Position numbers and translations under genes: made by a program | Part shown: positions 14,600 to 23,779 of the stretch, one piece after another | How the letters are laid out: each line of letters opens with the position of its first letter | Position numbering within the stretch: the stretch's first letter is position 1 | From: a virus | Virus record (IMG/VR): IMGVR_UViG_3300031566_000095 | Reading direction: 5' to 3' (one strand) | Length of the DNA stretch: 44,494 nucleotides | Notes under the pieces: generated by a model | The model's input: the letters and a program-made list of their open reading frames with translations, nothing else | Database searches by the model: none | Told to the model about the DNA's origin: nothing

Positions 14600-17494
14600 T
14601 CAGATCCTCACCGTATTGGGGTCGAGTCCGGCTTCACCGCCCCAGTGATGGGCATTGCCTTTTTCGAAGCAGTCTTCGAGCAGCCCGGTACACGTTTCAT
14701 CCTCCTCGTCATATTGACATTCCGGCCCTTTGAAGAGGCTCGGCGTTGCGTAGGGACAGACTTTGCTCGAATACAAACGCAGCGGGATTCTGCGGGTCAG
14801 CGGATTGGGGATGCCCAATACGAATGTGACCCATTCGGTGTCGCTGCCGGCGGTCAGGATATCGAACGTGTGCTCCAGCTCCTCGACGGCCGTGTCGAGA
14901 AACTTCTCGCTGGCCCGAATGAGCTTGACCGATCCGCCGCAAGCCCCCTGAGTCGCGTTGACCTTATCCTCCAGCGTGCGATCGGGGTCCTGGGCGATCC
15001 GCAACTGGATTTGCGGGACCGAACCGTCGCCGGAAAAACTCTGCTGGCCGATATCGAAGTTGTGCTTGTCAAAAGTCTTGCCCCCGTAAATCACATCTTT
15101 CCTATTGCGGGCCAGCGGCACGGCCGCATAACCGGGGATGGAGATTTCGCACAGCCAGAGCCACGCCCCCCCGCTGTACAGGTCGATGAGGTCCTTGTGC
15201 ATCAGAGGCGGTATTTCTGCTGCTTCCGCTATGTAGCGCAGTACCGCAGCCTTCCCTATCACTACATAACTTCCCACGCCAGCAGTGAGTACATATTCAC
15301 TTACCGGTGTATATGTTAGAGTTACAGCTTGCCCTGTTACTGTGTAGCTCCCAGCACCCATGCTGAGTAGGTTGCTCTTGAGAAGGCTTACAGCCATGCC
15401 TGTTAGCACGCAAGACCCTGGTTCAATTGTAAGCAACCTGCCTTTGAAGAGACTTACTGCTGTGCCTGTTATTACATAGCTTCCTGCGCCAATTACAATT
15501 AGGTTGCTCTTGAGGAGGCCCGCTGCTTGGCCCGTGAGCACGTAACTTCCTGCTTCAGCCGTTAGCGTATATGTAGCTGCACTATACGTTCCTGCACATA
15601 TCCGATCGCTTTCAGCTACACTTAGTACATCGTCAAAAAGAACGAGCTCGTCCAGCTTTCCCTCAGTCCCATAGACATCGGTTGGAAACCCAAGCATGAC
15701 GTAGCCTGGACTGATGTAAGGACTCGCAAGCGTACCGTTCTTGTCTGCACCGACAGTTTGGCAAGCTGCATCGCGGATTCGTATCCAGGTATCGCCGTTA
15801 GCATTGTCGTAAGTGACGGTGATGTGATACCACTCATCTTCGCTCAGCACAGAATCATGTTGCAAACTATTGTAATTCAGGCCGTCTGGAGATAGGTAGA
15901 AAATAACCTTGCCATCCATGTCCACTTTAATACGAAAGCATCTGTACGGTGAGATACCTTTGAAAATCAGGTCAACAGCAACGGCAGTATCAAGCGGCTT
16001 GTACCAGAGCGGTATTGAAAACGTTCTGTTGCTCTCGCCACCCTTGAGCGGAACACCTGAGTCAAGGTCCTCATCGAGGATGTACATGCGATCTGCATTA
16101 GCTCGCACAAATCTCGCACTACAACCTCCTTCTCTATAATCGTCGGTATCTTCATCGACGCCCACATTGGTAAGAGTGTTGTCGCCTATGGAATCTACTG
16201 TCAGTGCTTCTGATTCGAAACGCCAAAGAAGTTTACAATTAGTATCTTTTGAAAAATCATTGGCTGCCACTTTTGTCAGAGTTACATCTTGGCCTGTGAG
16301 TACATAAGACCCCACACCTGCTTCAACCAAACTACTTCTGAGGAGAGTTACAACCTGACCTGTGAGTGTATAACTGCCGGCATCAACTGTAATCAAGCTG
16401 CTTTTCAAGAAGGAAGCAGCTTGACCTGTAAGTATGTAGTTTCCTACTCCGATTGTCAGTAGATTGCTTTTGAGGAGAGTTACAGCCGTACCTGTAAGGA
16501 CGTAGCTCCCAGTTTCAGCAGTAAGTGTTGCACCCGTTACAAAGTACTCGAAAGCACCAATGTCCCATGTGGTCGAACGGGCCGTGCCGATGATGTCGTC
16601 GGAGTACAAGGCGCCACCGGGAGCGTCAACGCCTACTCCAACACAACACGGACTGGTCGTGTAGTTCTTGAGCGTCACGTCGCCATTGGCATAGTCTGTA
16701 AAAACTTTATTCCAGTCGGTCGCTTCTGCGGTGAAGTCTTGAGCGTTTGTTCCATCGCCGTCGTCTGACGCACAATGGTCAATCGTTCCTATCGTGCCTG
16801 CAAAATCATCTTCGTTATTGAACGAGGCACAATTATAGACAGAAGTTCCAGCGACTCCCGTAATCCCCTGCGTACAGCTATGCACAGTGCAGTTGTAGAT
16901 ATGCCCGGTGCCTGCGACATTGATACCGCTAAAGTTGGTGTCACCGGCGATATAAAAGCCATAAGCAACACAGTTAACAACATCGACAATTACATCGGCG
17001 TCCCCGCTCTGGAATCCTATACCCAGTCCCGTCCCCGAACAAACGCCTTTGAAAATGCAACTGTCAACGAGAATGTAGTTCTCTACCCCCATCGACGGGC
17101 ACTGGAGACCTCTTGCATTGCCGGCATTCGTTGCAGTGACTTCAAACTGGAGATGGTGAAACCTGAGATAGTCCTCGTAGGTTTCTATCAGATTGACATT
17201 CGTGCCCGTAACCCGAAACTTTGTGGCGTCATAAATCCCGTTGGCAGGAAAATCAACTTGAATCATTTCAATATAGTTGCTTGCTCCCGTCGTCCAGCCA
17301 TTGATAAGACAACCACCGTTAGCAGTTCCATTTGACGAGCGGCAATAGACGGTCATGTAGTTACCGCCGTTGGCAGTCAAATCCTGCCCCTCCGCTGCTT
17401 CCCACTGAGCTAACGTGGTATAAGCATCTTCCCAACTCGTGCCGTTCGCTGCTCCAGTTGCTGCTGGATCGATATATCGGATGATCTGTGCCAT
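14600..17494 (-). CDS. Multidomain tail fiber / tail-tip fusion protein (964 aa)
   Basis: N-terminal beta-helix-like region (DPAATGAANGTSWEDAYTTL). Two blocks of ~21-aa GSYVLTGQAVTLLKSNL repeats flank a LamG/ConA-like region. C-terminus resembles gpL (CPYATPSLFKGPECQY...C..LLEDCFEKGN). Confidence 0.8.
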   Translation of the reverse strand: MAQIIRYIDPAATGAANGTSWEDAYTTLAQWEAAEGQDLTANGGNYMTVYCRSSNGTANGGCLINGWTTGASNYIEMIQVDFPANGIYDATKFRVTGTNVNLIETYEDYLRFHHLQFEVTATNAGNARGLQCPSMGVENYILVDSCIFKGVCSGTGLGIGFQSGDADVIVDVVNCVAYGFYIAGDTNFSGINVAGTGHIYNCTVHSCTQGITGVAGTSVYNCASFNNEDDFAGTIGTIDHCASDDGDGTNAQDFTAEATDWNKVFTDYANGDVTLKNYTTSPCCVGVGVDAPGGALYSDDIIGTARSTTWDIGAFEYFVTGATLTAETGSYVLTGTAVTLLKSNLLTIGVGNYILTGQAASFLKSSLITVDAGSYTLTGQVVTLLRSSLVEAGVGSYVLTGQDVTLTKVAANDFSKDTNCKLLWRFESEALTVDSIGDNTLTNVGVDEDTDDYREGGCSARFVRANADRMYILDEDLDSGVPLKGGESNRTFSIPLWYKPLDTAVAVDLIFKGISPYRCFRIKVDMDGKVIFYLSPDGLNYNSLQHDSVLSEDEWYHITVTYDNANGDTWIRIRDAACQTVGADKNGTLASPYISPGYVMLGFPTDVYGTEGKLDELVLFDDVLSVAESDRICAGTYSAATYTLTAEAGSYVLTGQAAGLLKSNLIVIGAGSYVITGTAVSLFKGRLLTIEPGSCVLTGMAVSLLKSNLLSMGAGSYTVTGQAVTLTYTPVSEYVLTAGVGSYVVIGKAAVLRYIAEAAEIPPLMHKDLIDLYSGGAWLWLCEISIPGYAAVPLARNRKDVIYGGKTFDKHNFDIGQQSFSGDGSVPQIQLRIAQDPDRTLEDKVNATQGACGGSVKLIRASEKFLDTAVEELEHTFDILTAGSDTEWVTFVLGIPNPLTRRIPLRLYSSKVCPYATPSLFKGPECQYDEEDETCTGLLEDCFEKGNAHHWGGEAGLDPNTVRI
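15233..15571 (-). repeat. Intragenic 63-nt (21-aa) repeat block 2 (about 5 units)
   Basis: Encodes AGSYVLTGQAAGLLKSNLIVIG / AGSYVITGTAVSLFKGRLLTIE / PGSCVLTGMAVSLLKSNLLSMG / AGSYTVTGQAVTLTY and so on. Confidence 0.85.
16271..16531 (-). repeat. Intragenic 63-nt (21-aa) repeat block 1 (about 4 units)
   Basis: Encodes TGSYVLTGTAVTLLKSNLLTIG / VGNYILTGQAASFLKSSLITVD / AGSYTLTGQVVTLLRSSLVEAG / VGSYVLTGQDVTLTKV. Confidence 0.85.
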
Positions 17495-17628
17495 AGATTA
17501 ATCTGTTTATCTTCTACGTCAAAGCACATTCCACAAAGTGTGCAGCGAGCCTTTCCGCATTCATCGCAGAAAACCTTTTCCCCGCTACAATCTATCAGTT
17601 GTTCGTGTTTACACTTTTCTTCGTTCAT
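17410..17628 (-). CDS. Possible small Cys-rich protein (72 aa)
   Basis: CKHEQLIDC...CDEC...CTLCGMC. The 3' 85 nt overlap the fiber gene, so the true end is uncertain. Confidence 0.35.
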   Translation of the reverse strand: MNEEKCKHEQLIDCSGEKVFCDECGKARCTLCGMCFDVEDKQINLWHRSSDISIQQQLEQRTARVGKMLIPR

Positions 17629-17632
17629 TGGA

Positions 17633-18031
17633 TTAAGCCTGAACCGCAGACATGGTAGGCAGGGTTACAATCTTTCCACTGGGTGTATTCGGAAAACGCC
17701 AGCGACTTCGCTTGAGAAGAGTTTCTTGTGACATGAGTTTTCCTGTTCCAGATTCAGGAATCATGCGCACTTGCACTTTTGGCTCTGCGAAACTTTGGTT
17801 AGGAGCGATTCCGGGTACGCAAACAACCTTGAACGCTTCCCGGTTGAACTTCAGAGCTTTCGGTCCTGTCCAATAACCATCTGGGCGGACTTCTATAATG
17901 TCGCCTCGCCGATATCGAGCGAGATACTTTTCGTCCCATGTCTTTGGATACCTCGCTCGCATCTGCTCGATGTCCGCAGCATTGAGCATGTCCATCCAGT
18001 GGTTCTTGTCAAATACAAGAAACTCAGCCAC
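17633..18031 (-). CDS. Hypothetical tail-module protein (132 aa)
   Basis: Clean ORF between tail genes. Confidence 0.65.
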   Translation of the reverse strand: MAEFLVFDKNHWMDMLNAADIEQMRARYPKTWDEKYLARYRRGDIIEVRPDGYWTGPKALKFNREAFKVVCVPGIAPNQSFAEPKVQVRMIPESGTGKLMSQETLLKRSRWRFPNTPSGKIVTLPTMSAVQA

Positions 18032-18048
18032 GACGACACCTCCTTACG

Positions 18049-18468
18049 CTACGCAATTGTCAGGACAGAGGCACCGAAGTCGACTTTGAATTTCTCGCCT
18101 GCCGCACAACTGATTTCCGATCCATAGTCCCAGTATGCAACGAGCGGGTCTTCTGGGTCTGCTGGTGTATCATTGTAGAGTACGACGTACCTGAATGGGC
18201 CGAATCCTGCTCCCGTGGCTGTCCACTCCACATCGACACCTGTTAGTGTTCCTGTACCGGCACTCTCCTCGTAATCGTTCTGAATGTCAGCGGCTGCATA
18301 GCCATTTTGCTCGGTGATACCCGCCAGATCGGCTTTCACCGCATCTTCCGATACGCTGGGAGGGTTGTTCGTCAAATAGACTTTCAAGGTGTCATCTGCC
18401 GCGTGGAGTTTGTGCACACCCTTCACGAGTTGCACTACAAAATCGTGAAACTTTACATAAGCTGCCAT
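18049..18468 (-). CDS. Tail-module protein, paralog of 10890..11315
   Basis: 139 aa, beta-rich. LKVYLTNN...GYAAADI...GVDVEWTATGAGFGPFRYVVLYNDT. Confidence 0.65.
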   Translation of the reverse strand: MAAYVKFHDFVVQLVKGVHKLHAADDTLKVYLTNNPPSVSEDAVKADLAGITEQNGYAAADIQNDYEESAGTGTLTGVDVEWTATGAGFGPFRYVVLYNDTPADPEDPLVAYWDYGSEISCAAGEKFKVDFGASVLTIA

Positions 18469-18494
18469 TGGTCACTCCTTATTGTGTTCTTCTT

Positions 18495-18854
18495 TCAAAT
18501 GGGTGTAGTTTGACGCAATTCCAGGCCAATCCGCCAAACATCCGGCAGGCCGTCGAGTGCACAGCCGGGCCTGGCGACAAAAGCGACCTCGTATTGCTGA
18601 TGATCCTGCCCGTTCGTCCAGAGGAACGGCACGTCTTTGTTCGCCTCGTAAAAAGCCAGAACGTTCTCTTTGTCCGTTTGCGAAACAAACCGCAAATCAA
18701 AACGGAACGTCCTCGGATCGAAGGTGAACAGCTTGTTCAGCAACGGATAACCCGAGGCCGTGCTGGCAATCAAGACGGCGTCCGCACTCGGCTCATCGCG
18801 GAAGCCGTCGCAAAGCGGCGCGCTTGCAATGGAGGGAAACGTATTGAGTGCCAT
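18495..18854 (-). CDS. Minor tail protein (gpM position)
   Basis: 119 aa, immediately downstream of the tape measure gene. Confidence 0.55.
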   Translation of the reverse strand: MALNTFPSIASAPLCDGFRDEPSADAVLIASTASGYPLLNKLFTFDPRTFRFDLRFVSQTDKENVLAFYEANKDVPFLWTNGQDHQQYEVAFVARPGCALDGLPDVWRIGLELRQTTPI

Positions 18855-18859
18855 TGACT

Positions 18860-20455
18860 CTATCCCCCTCTCATACCCTTGCGGTACTCTAAATTCGTCT
18901 GCATCTTCCGGAGGGTCACGTCACAGATTCGCTGGTCGCTGATCATGTAGCTTTCCACCTGGCTGATCTCCAACTGTTCAGAACCCTCGTTGTGAATGCG
19001 AACGTCAAATTTTGTTTCTTTCATCAAGCCGCCGGCGCCGGGGCGGCTGATCACTTCATCGTCCTGGGCGATCACGGCCGTCTCGCCGGGCAGCAGACCG
19101 TGAAAGCGCGGGGCGTTGGCGAAGATCGCCGGATCCACCCATCGCCGGTCGGTCAGATCGCCGACTCGCCCGCATCGATGCGCAACGTGCGCGCCGGTGG
19201 CTAGTGTTGGGGAAACATCCGCCCCGACGCCTCCGCCGAGGGCCCCGGCCAGACCGCTCATCAGAGGTGCGATCCATTCGTTCATCATCGCCCGGGCCGC
19301 CATGTCCGCCGCCATCCTGGCAAAGGCATTGGCAACATCCATGAAGAATTGCCCCATGGCATCCCGCCACGTTGCCCCGCCCGTTATCATGCTTTGAAAC
19401 GCCCCGCTCATGGAGCTTTCCATAGAGCGCGAGACCTCGGCAAATTTCTCAGATTGATACAGGGCCAGATTCTGCATATCATCTCGCAGCTCGGCCTGAT
19501 AGCCCTTCATGGCATTCATTCTCGATCGTTCGAGACTGAGGATCTCGTCGTTGAGCAGGCGATTTGCTTCCTCGACTTCCGAAAGGGTTTCGGCGTTCTC
19601 TTGCTGATAGATCCGCAGCGACTCGATCCGCTCCATGCGCGTCAGGTAATCCTGGTGACGGACCGACTCCATCGCCTCGCGCGTCCGGTCGATCACCATC
19701 TGATCTTCTTCGGCGGACATGCGGGCAATCTCTTGTGGCGTCAGACGCTGTAAAGTTAAATCCACCCCTCGCTTGCCCTGATATTCCTCTTTCGCCATCG
19801 CGTACAGTTCCGAGGCATCAACGTCGGCTAGCGCCTTCCTTCGGCCCTTTAGCTCCGCGATGTCCTTCTCGACGACGCTTTTGAAGGCCGCCTTTTCCTT
19901 CATCTTTTCCAGCATCGCTATTTCTTTGTCCAGCTCCGCGTTATACTCGCGGGCCGCTCGGATCTGCTCCTTGAGGGCATCAATTTGTTTGATCCGATCC
20001 AGATAGGCAAAGCCCGTCTGAAGGCGAGATGCTTCTTCGGGGCTGGCGCCCTGAAGGGCCATGGACCGCCTCATGCTTTCTCTGAGGGCTTCCGATTTCT
20101 CATACCACTTCGTGACGCTATCCACGGCTTCTCTATAGGCTGTCGCCCCGCTGAGTTCGCCCGCCAGGTTCTTGATGCTCTCGGCGAAGCTGTTAACGAT
20201 GGGTATGCCGGACAGAAATGCGGCGAAAAGACCCTCTCCTTCCCGCCGGGCCTTCGCCATCGCCGTGGCGGAATCGGCCAAAGAACGGGCGAGCCACAGA
20301 GCACCGCCTGCGCGACTGAGGCTTGAAAGCGTCCGGCCGAACGTGAGCAGATTCTGCTGCATGCCGCCGATGTCCTTTTTGAAGGCATTGACCCCCTCGG
20401 CGGCCTTGTTGCGGGCCAGCAATTCCAGAACGATTCTGCGCGTTTCATCGGCCAT
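18860..20455 (-). CDS. Tape measure protein
   Basis: 531 aa, long helical / coiled-coil, Ala/Met/Gly-rich hydrophobic segment near the C-terminus, located downstream of the G/GT chaperone genes. Confidence 0.8.
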   Translation of the reverse strand: MADETRRIVLELLARNKAAEGVNAFKKDIGGMQQNLLTFGRTLSSLSRAGGALWLARSLADSATAMAKARREGEGLFAAFLSGIPIVNSFAESIKNLAGELSGATAYREAVDSVTKWYEKSEALRESMRRSMALQGASPEEASRLQTGFAYLDRIKQIDALKEQIRAAREYNAELDKEIAMLEKMKEKAAFKSVVEKDIAELKGRRKALADVDASELYAMAKEEYQGKRGVDLTLQRLTPQEIARMSAEEDQMVIDRTREAMESVRHQDYLTRMERIESLRIYQQENAETLSEVEEANRLLNDEILSLERSRMNAMKGYQAELRDDMQNLALYQSEKFAEVSRSMESSMSGAFQSMITGGATWRDAMGQFFMDVANAFARMAADMAARAMMNEWIAPLMSGLAGALGGGVGADVSPTLATGAHVAHRCGRVGDLTDRRWVDPAIFANAPRFHGLLPGETAVIAQDDEVISRPGAGGLMKETKFDVRIHNEGSEQLEISQVESYMISDQRICDVTLRKMQTNLEYRKGMRGG

Positions 20456-20507
20456 GATTCGTCAAGCGTCCTTCGTCTCTCGTCTCTCTGCCCTTGGCCA
20501 GGTCAGT

Positions 20508-21032
20508 TTAATCGAGCCCCATCGCCACGACGTCCACGTTCATCGAGCTGTCCCCTTCGCCGCCGTGTTCGAGCTTGAGGTTCTTGTTCGTCGTGATGAG
20601 CAGTCCTGCCGCACTCGGATCCCGCCAGGTAAAATCGCCACCCGGCTTAATCTTAACGATCTCCGTATTGATCGCACAGATCGGGATATCCGCCAATGTT
20701 CCGCCGAACACCTTCAGGGTCGCATCCGCCGAGTTGTTCTTGATGTAGAGAAACTTCAGCGCCGTCATCGTGAGTGCCCGGTTGAAGACATCCAGCAAGG
20801 TCCCCGAGGCATAAAGGTCCAGAGTCACCGTCTCGCCGCCGCCGTTGGGCTGGGCCAGCGCGATCGTCTTGGCGTAGATGACATTGATGGCCCCGGCGCC
20901 GGTGCCGTAACTCCAAGCCGTGTTGGGCACGGCGACGGGGACCTGCAATTCACTCAGGTCACCGGCCAGAAAGGCCTTCAAATCAATCGCCACCCCGGCC
21001 TGGCCGCTTAAGCGTGTGGATCCTATAGACAT
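20508..21032 (-). CDS. Hypothetical beta-rich protein between chaperone and tape measure
   Basis: 174-aa clean ORF in an unusual position. Confidence 0.6.
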   Translation of the reverse strand: MSIGSTRLSGQAGVAIDLKAFLAGDLSELQVPVAVPNTAWSYGTGAGAINVIYAKTIALAQPNGGGETVTLDLYASGTLLDVFNRALTMTALKFLYIKNNSADATLKVFGGTLADIPICAINTEIVKIKPGGDFTWRDPSAAGLLITTNKNLKLEHGGEGDSSMNVDVVAMGLD

Positions 21033-21043
21033 GATTCATCTCC

Positions 21044-21702
21044 TTATGTTGGATTAAAAAAATTCTTAAAAATTTGGTCCAGCACTTGCTGGTCAACTTC
21101 ATCTTTTTGTTCATTGGGCTGATACGTGCCGTCCAGCTTTTTCATCATCTTTTTCGCGACCTTTTCATCCTTGTAGCTGTATGTGCCGGAAATCAACGCC
21201 CGGCAATTTTCCGCCGGCTCGCCCACGGGCCAGAACTGCTCTACGATATACTGTTCGATCAGCTCGTAGGCGCTGTGTTGCTTGAGGAGTTTGGTAACAG
21301 AACATTTATACTCTCTCGCAGTTCTCGCAAGCCAGCGTCGCCAAGGATCTTCCGTAAGTTTTTTATTATGGCGTCCACACCGAGATCATTGAACCCATTG
21401 ACTCTCAGGACGGCGCCCTCAATCTCATCGATCTTAGTACCGAACATGCCATTGATTTGATTGACTTCGTCGTCGCCGATGAGCCGGCTGCCGTCCTTTT
21501 TATAGAGCGACAACTGGATCAACTTGGCCATTGCCGAGCAGCTCTTGAGCTCATCGGCGTTGTTCTTCCACTTGCGATAGACGTTGAGCTCGTAAGCCGA
21601 CAGGCCGCGAATGACGATCTTCTGACCGCCGATCTCGTAGTCTTCCTCCGGGATCTCCTCTAACGCCTTGAAGATCGCCTGTTTGATTTCATCGATTGCC
21701 AT
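21044..21702 (-). CDS. Tail assembly chaperone GT-like fusion via -1 frameshift
   Basis: The -1 frame is open from the slippery site (21364) through ORF 21044..21226, checked codon by codon. Confidence 0.55.
21259..21702 (-). CDS. Tail assembly chaperone (gpG-like)
   Basis: 147 aa, acidic, located between the major tail protein and the tape measure. Confidence 0.7.
   Translation of the reverse strand: MAIDEIKQAIFKALEEIPEEDYEIGGQKIVIRGLSAYELNVYRKWKNNADELKSCSAMAKLIQLSLYKKDGSRLIGDDEVNQINGMFGTKIDEIEGAVLRVNGFNDLGVDAIIKNLRKILGDAGLRELRESINVLLPNSSSNTAPTS
21358..21364 (-). promoter_or_regulatory. -1 programmed frameshift slippery heptamer A AAA AAC
   Basis: Zero frame reads ATA AAA AAC (I-K-N of ...AIIKNLRK...). 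Confidence 0.55.
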
Positions 21703-21717
21703 TGCATTCCTTTCGTT

Positions 21718-21740
21718 TTAGTCACAGAAAACACAAAGAC
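21718..21740 (+). repeat. Degenerate 9-mer element
   Basis: ttagt cacagaaaa cacaaagac. Confidence 0.5.
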
Positions 21741-21761
21741 CCACTATTCCTGTATTCTGGT

Positions 21762-22175
21762 TTACACGCCCGTATGGCTGTGAGCGCCGCAGCGCTCGAA
21801 CGTCACCGTGAACTCCTCGACGCCATCCGCTTCACCGGAACCCGGGTCGCCCAGGTCGGCGATGACGGCCTGCCCCGACATCTTCGAGCCGGTTGGATGA
21901 GTGACCAAAAGAGTCGACTTCGTTTTGGCATTGAAGTCGTTCTGGAGTTGAGCATAGACGGAGGCACTCGCCGGATTGTAAATGAAGGCCAGAGTCACCT
22001 GCCCCGCATCGAAGGCGCCGACGATCTTATCGGCATACCCGCTGGTCGAATCGCACGTGAGGACCGGGTGAATAGTCGCCTTCCGGCTGCCCGGCACGGG
22101 CCCCTTGAGCTCGGGAATCACCGTACCATTCCAGGTCACGGTTGTCCCAATCGCTGTTATTCCACTGGTTGCCAT
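21762..22175 (-). CDS. Major tail protein
   Basis: T..DS.SGYADKIVGAFDAGQVTLAFIYN pattern typical of siphovirus major tail proteins. SD AAGGAGA. Start trimmed to 22175. Confidence 0.7.
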   Translation of the reverse strand: MATSGITAIGTTVTWNGTVIPELKGPVPGSRKATIHPVLTCDSTSGYADKIVGAFDAGQVTLAFIYNPASASVYAQLQNDFNAKTKSTLLVTHPTGSKMSGQAVIADLGDPGSGEADGVEEFTVTFERCGAHSHTGV

Positions 22176-22220
22176 ATTGATCTCCTTATTCAAAACTGTT
22201 CATCGTTCATGGTTTATGGT

Positions 22221-22688
22221 TTATGCTTGCGTGTAGCCGTCGAGCAGCGCGGTTCGATACAGCACGTTCACGGTCACTCCCGCGATCACGCCGCCGGTAC
22301 AGGTCTCGAAACTCGCCGCAGGACAATCGATCCGAATCGCCAACCCGCCGCAGGCCTGGCCCGAGACATTGCCCGCCAATAACAGTCGACGGATCGTCTC
22401 GATCATCCGGCTGATAACGGTATCCGCTACGGTCCCCTCGGGCAGTGTCCTAATGATTCCGTACAGATTCCACACGGCCAATTCGCCCCGCGACTGAACG
22501 GTTGTGCGACTTTCGGTCGTGAGCGAGGCGGCCTCGATTATGATGTCCCCGTGCTTGAAGTCTTCAACGCCCCAGTCAAGGACCTTGGGTCGGATAGCCT
22601 TCAGTGTCAGCGTCGCGTCCGGGTCCTGCTTTCCGTTCAGTGCCCCGGCTATCCATTGAGCAATCTGTTCGTGAATCGTTTCAGCCAT
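22221..22688 (-). CDS. Head-tail connector / tail terminator candidate
   Basis: 155 aa. Assigned by position. TAATG overlap with the upstream gene. Confidence 0.5.
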   Translation of the reverse strand: MAETIHEQIAQWIAGALNGKQDPDATLTLKAIRPKVLDWGVEDFKHGDIIIEAASLTTESRTTVQSRGELAVWNLYGIIRTLPEGTVADTVISRMIETIRRLLLAGNVSGQACGGLAIRIDCPAASFETCTGGVIAGVTVNVLYRTALLDGYTQA

Positions 22689-23287
22689 TATTTGGCCCAC
22701 CGCCTCAGCTCCAGGCCGATATAGTCGTTTACCTGTTTTGATAAATTTTCGGCCGCCTTTTGATTGGCTTCATTCAATAATCCAGGCGTATTCGTGATGA
22801 TCTGCCAGATGGACGGTCCGCGCCGTCCAAAAATGGCTTCCCGAGTGGGGCGGCCTTGCATTGGAAGGAAATGTCCCTTGGCATATCTGGCCCTCAAAAA
22901 CACGCCACGATGTCCGCTCTTCATCGTAGCGATGAAGGCATGCTCGATACTCTTGAATCCTTCCCGTCCGATCCGGTACTTGACGCCCCGCTTCAGTTGT
23001 CGAGTCCCTTTGAACTCGGCCAAATCCGGGCGGTGCGGTTTGGCCACGACGGCGCCGGCCAGGTTCGCAAAGCTGGCGTGACGCTTGCCGATGCCCTTGG
23101 CGACCTCGCCTTTGGGCAGCTCCAATTCAGAGGCGACTCGCCGCTTAAAATCGGTTGCCGCCATATCGACGGCCCGGTTGATGGCCCGCCGCATGACGCG
23201 AGGGAAGCCTCGCGGGATTGCCCGCAGGATGTGCTCGGCCTCTTGGAGACTTGCTTCATCGATCTGGATTTGAACGGCTAAAGCCAT
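22688..23287 (-). CDS. Tail completion protein (gpZ / HK97 gp10-like)
   Basis: LQEAEHILRAIPRGFPRVMRRAINRAVDMAATDFKRRV resembles that family. Start trimmed to 23287. Confidence 0.6.
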   Translation of the reverse strand: MALAVQIQIDEASLQEAEHILRAIPRGFPRVMRRAINRAVDMAATDFKRRVASELELPKGEVAKGIGKRHASFANLAGAVVAKPHRPDLAEFKGTRQLKRGVKYRIGREGFKSIEHAFIATMKSGHRGVFLRARYAKGHFLPMQGRPTREAIFGRRGPSIWQIITNTPGLLNEANQKAAENLSKQVNDYIGLELRRWAK

Positions 23288-23294
23288 AGAACAC

Positions 23295-23639
23295 TCAGTG
23301 ACATTCGTAAGTTGCCCAGATGCCGTTGGCTTTGACGATCCGGGCCAGGTGCATCGTCCGGACCTCCGCCCCCGGGCGAGGCGGAACACTAACCGTCTGG
23401 CTCGAATCGAACTCAGCGGTGGCAATGCCGACAACCGCGTCATTGGCCACCTTGATCTGGACTTGCGGACTGCGGTGCCGAATGATCGGGGGGACCTCGG
23501 CGTCATCCTGGACGTACTTGACAATGGCCGTCACGGCCCGGTCCAGTGTCCCCGGCTGATAGACAATCGGCTGGCCGAACGCCGCCAGAAACGCCGCCCG
23601 CCCGGCCGTCAACCATGATGTCTCGAATGTCGTCGCCAT
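23295..23639 (-). CDS. Head-tail adaptor candidate
   Basis: 114 aa, first gene after the capsid gene. Confidence 0.5.
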   Translation of the reverse strand: MATTFETSWLTAGRAAFLAAFGQPIVYQPGTLDRAVTAIVKYVQDDAEVPPIIRHRSPQVQIKVANDAVVGIATAEFDSSQTVSVPPRPGAEVRTMHLARIVKANGIWATYECH

Positions 23640-23652
23640 GTCATAATTCGAA

Positions 23653-23699
23653 GAGCCGGGCGCACAGACGTCGGTGCGCCGCCGTTGCGCACCCGGCTC
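23653..23699 (-). terminator. GC-rich stem-loop downstream of the capsid gene
   Basis: gagccggg...cccggctc outer stem with additional inner pairing. Only a weak T tract follows. Confidence 0.4.
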
Positions 23700-23779
23700 G
23701 ATTTTGTTTCAGACCGGGCCATCGCCGCCCAGGGTATCAGGCGTCATTCGTCGTTGCGTGGGCCGCATACTGCCAGCGG

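Noticed and set aside
11782-14733. Plus-strand ORFs antisense to the tail genes (11782..12789, 13741..14733), and similar ones elsewhere (20172..21011, 27975..28835, 30365..31687, 32248..32964, 4119..4823, 2535..3392)
   Set aside because: These are typical antisense open frames of GC-rich coding DNA. They have Arg/Pro/Gly-rich compositions, no SD, and are fully overlapped by well-supported minus-strand genes.
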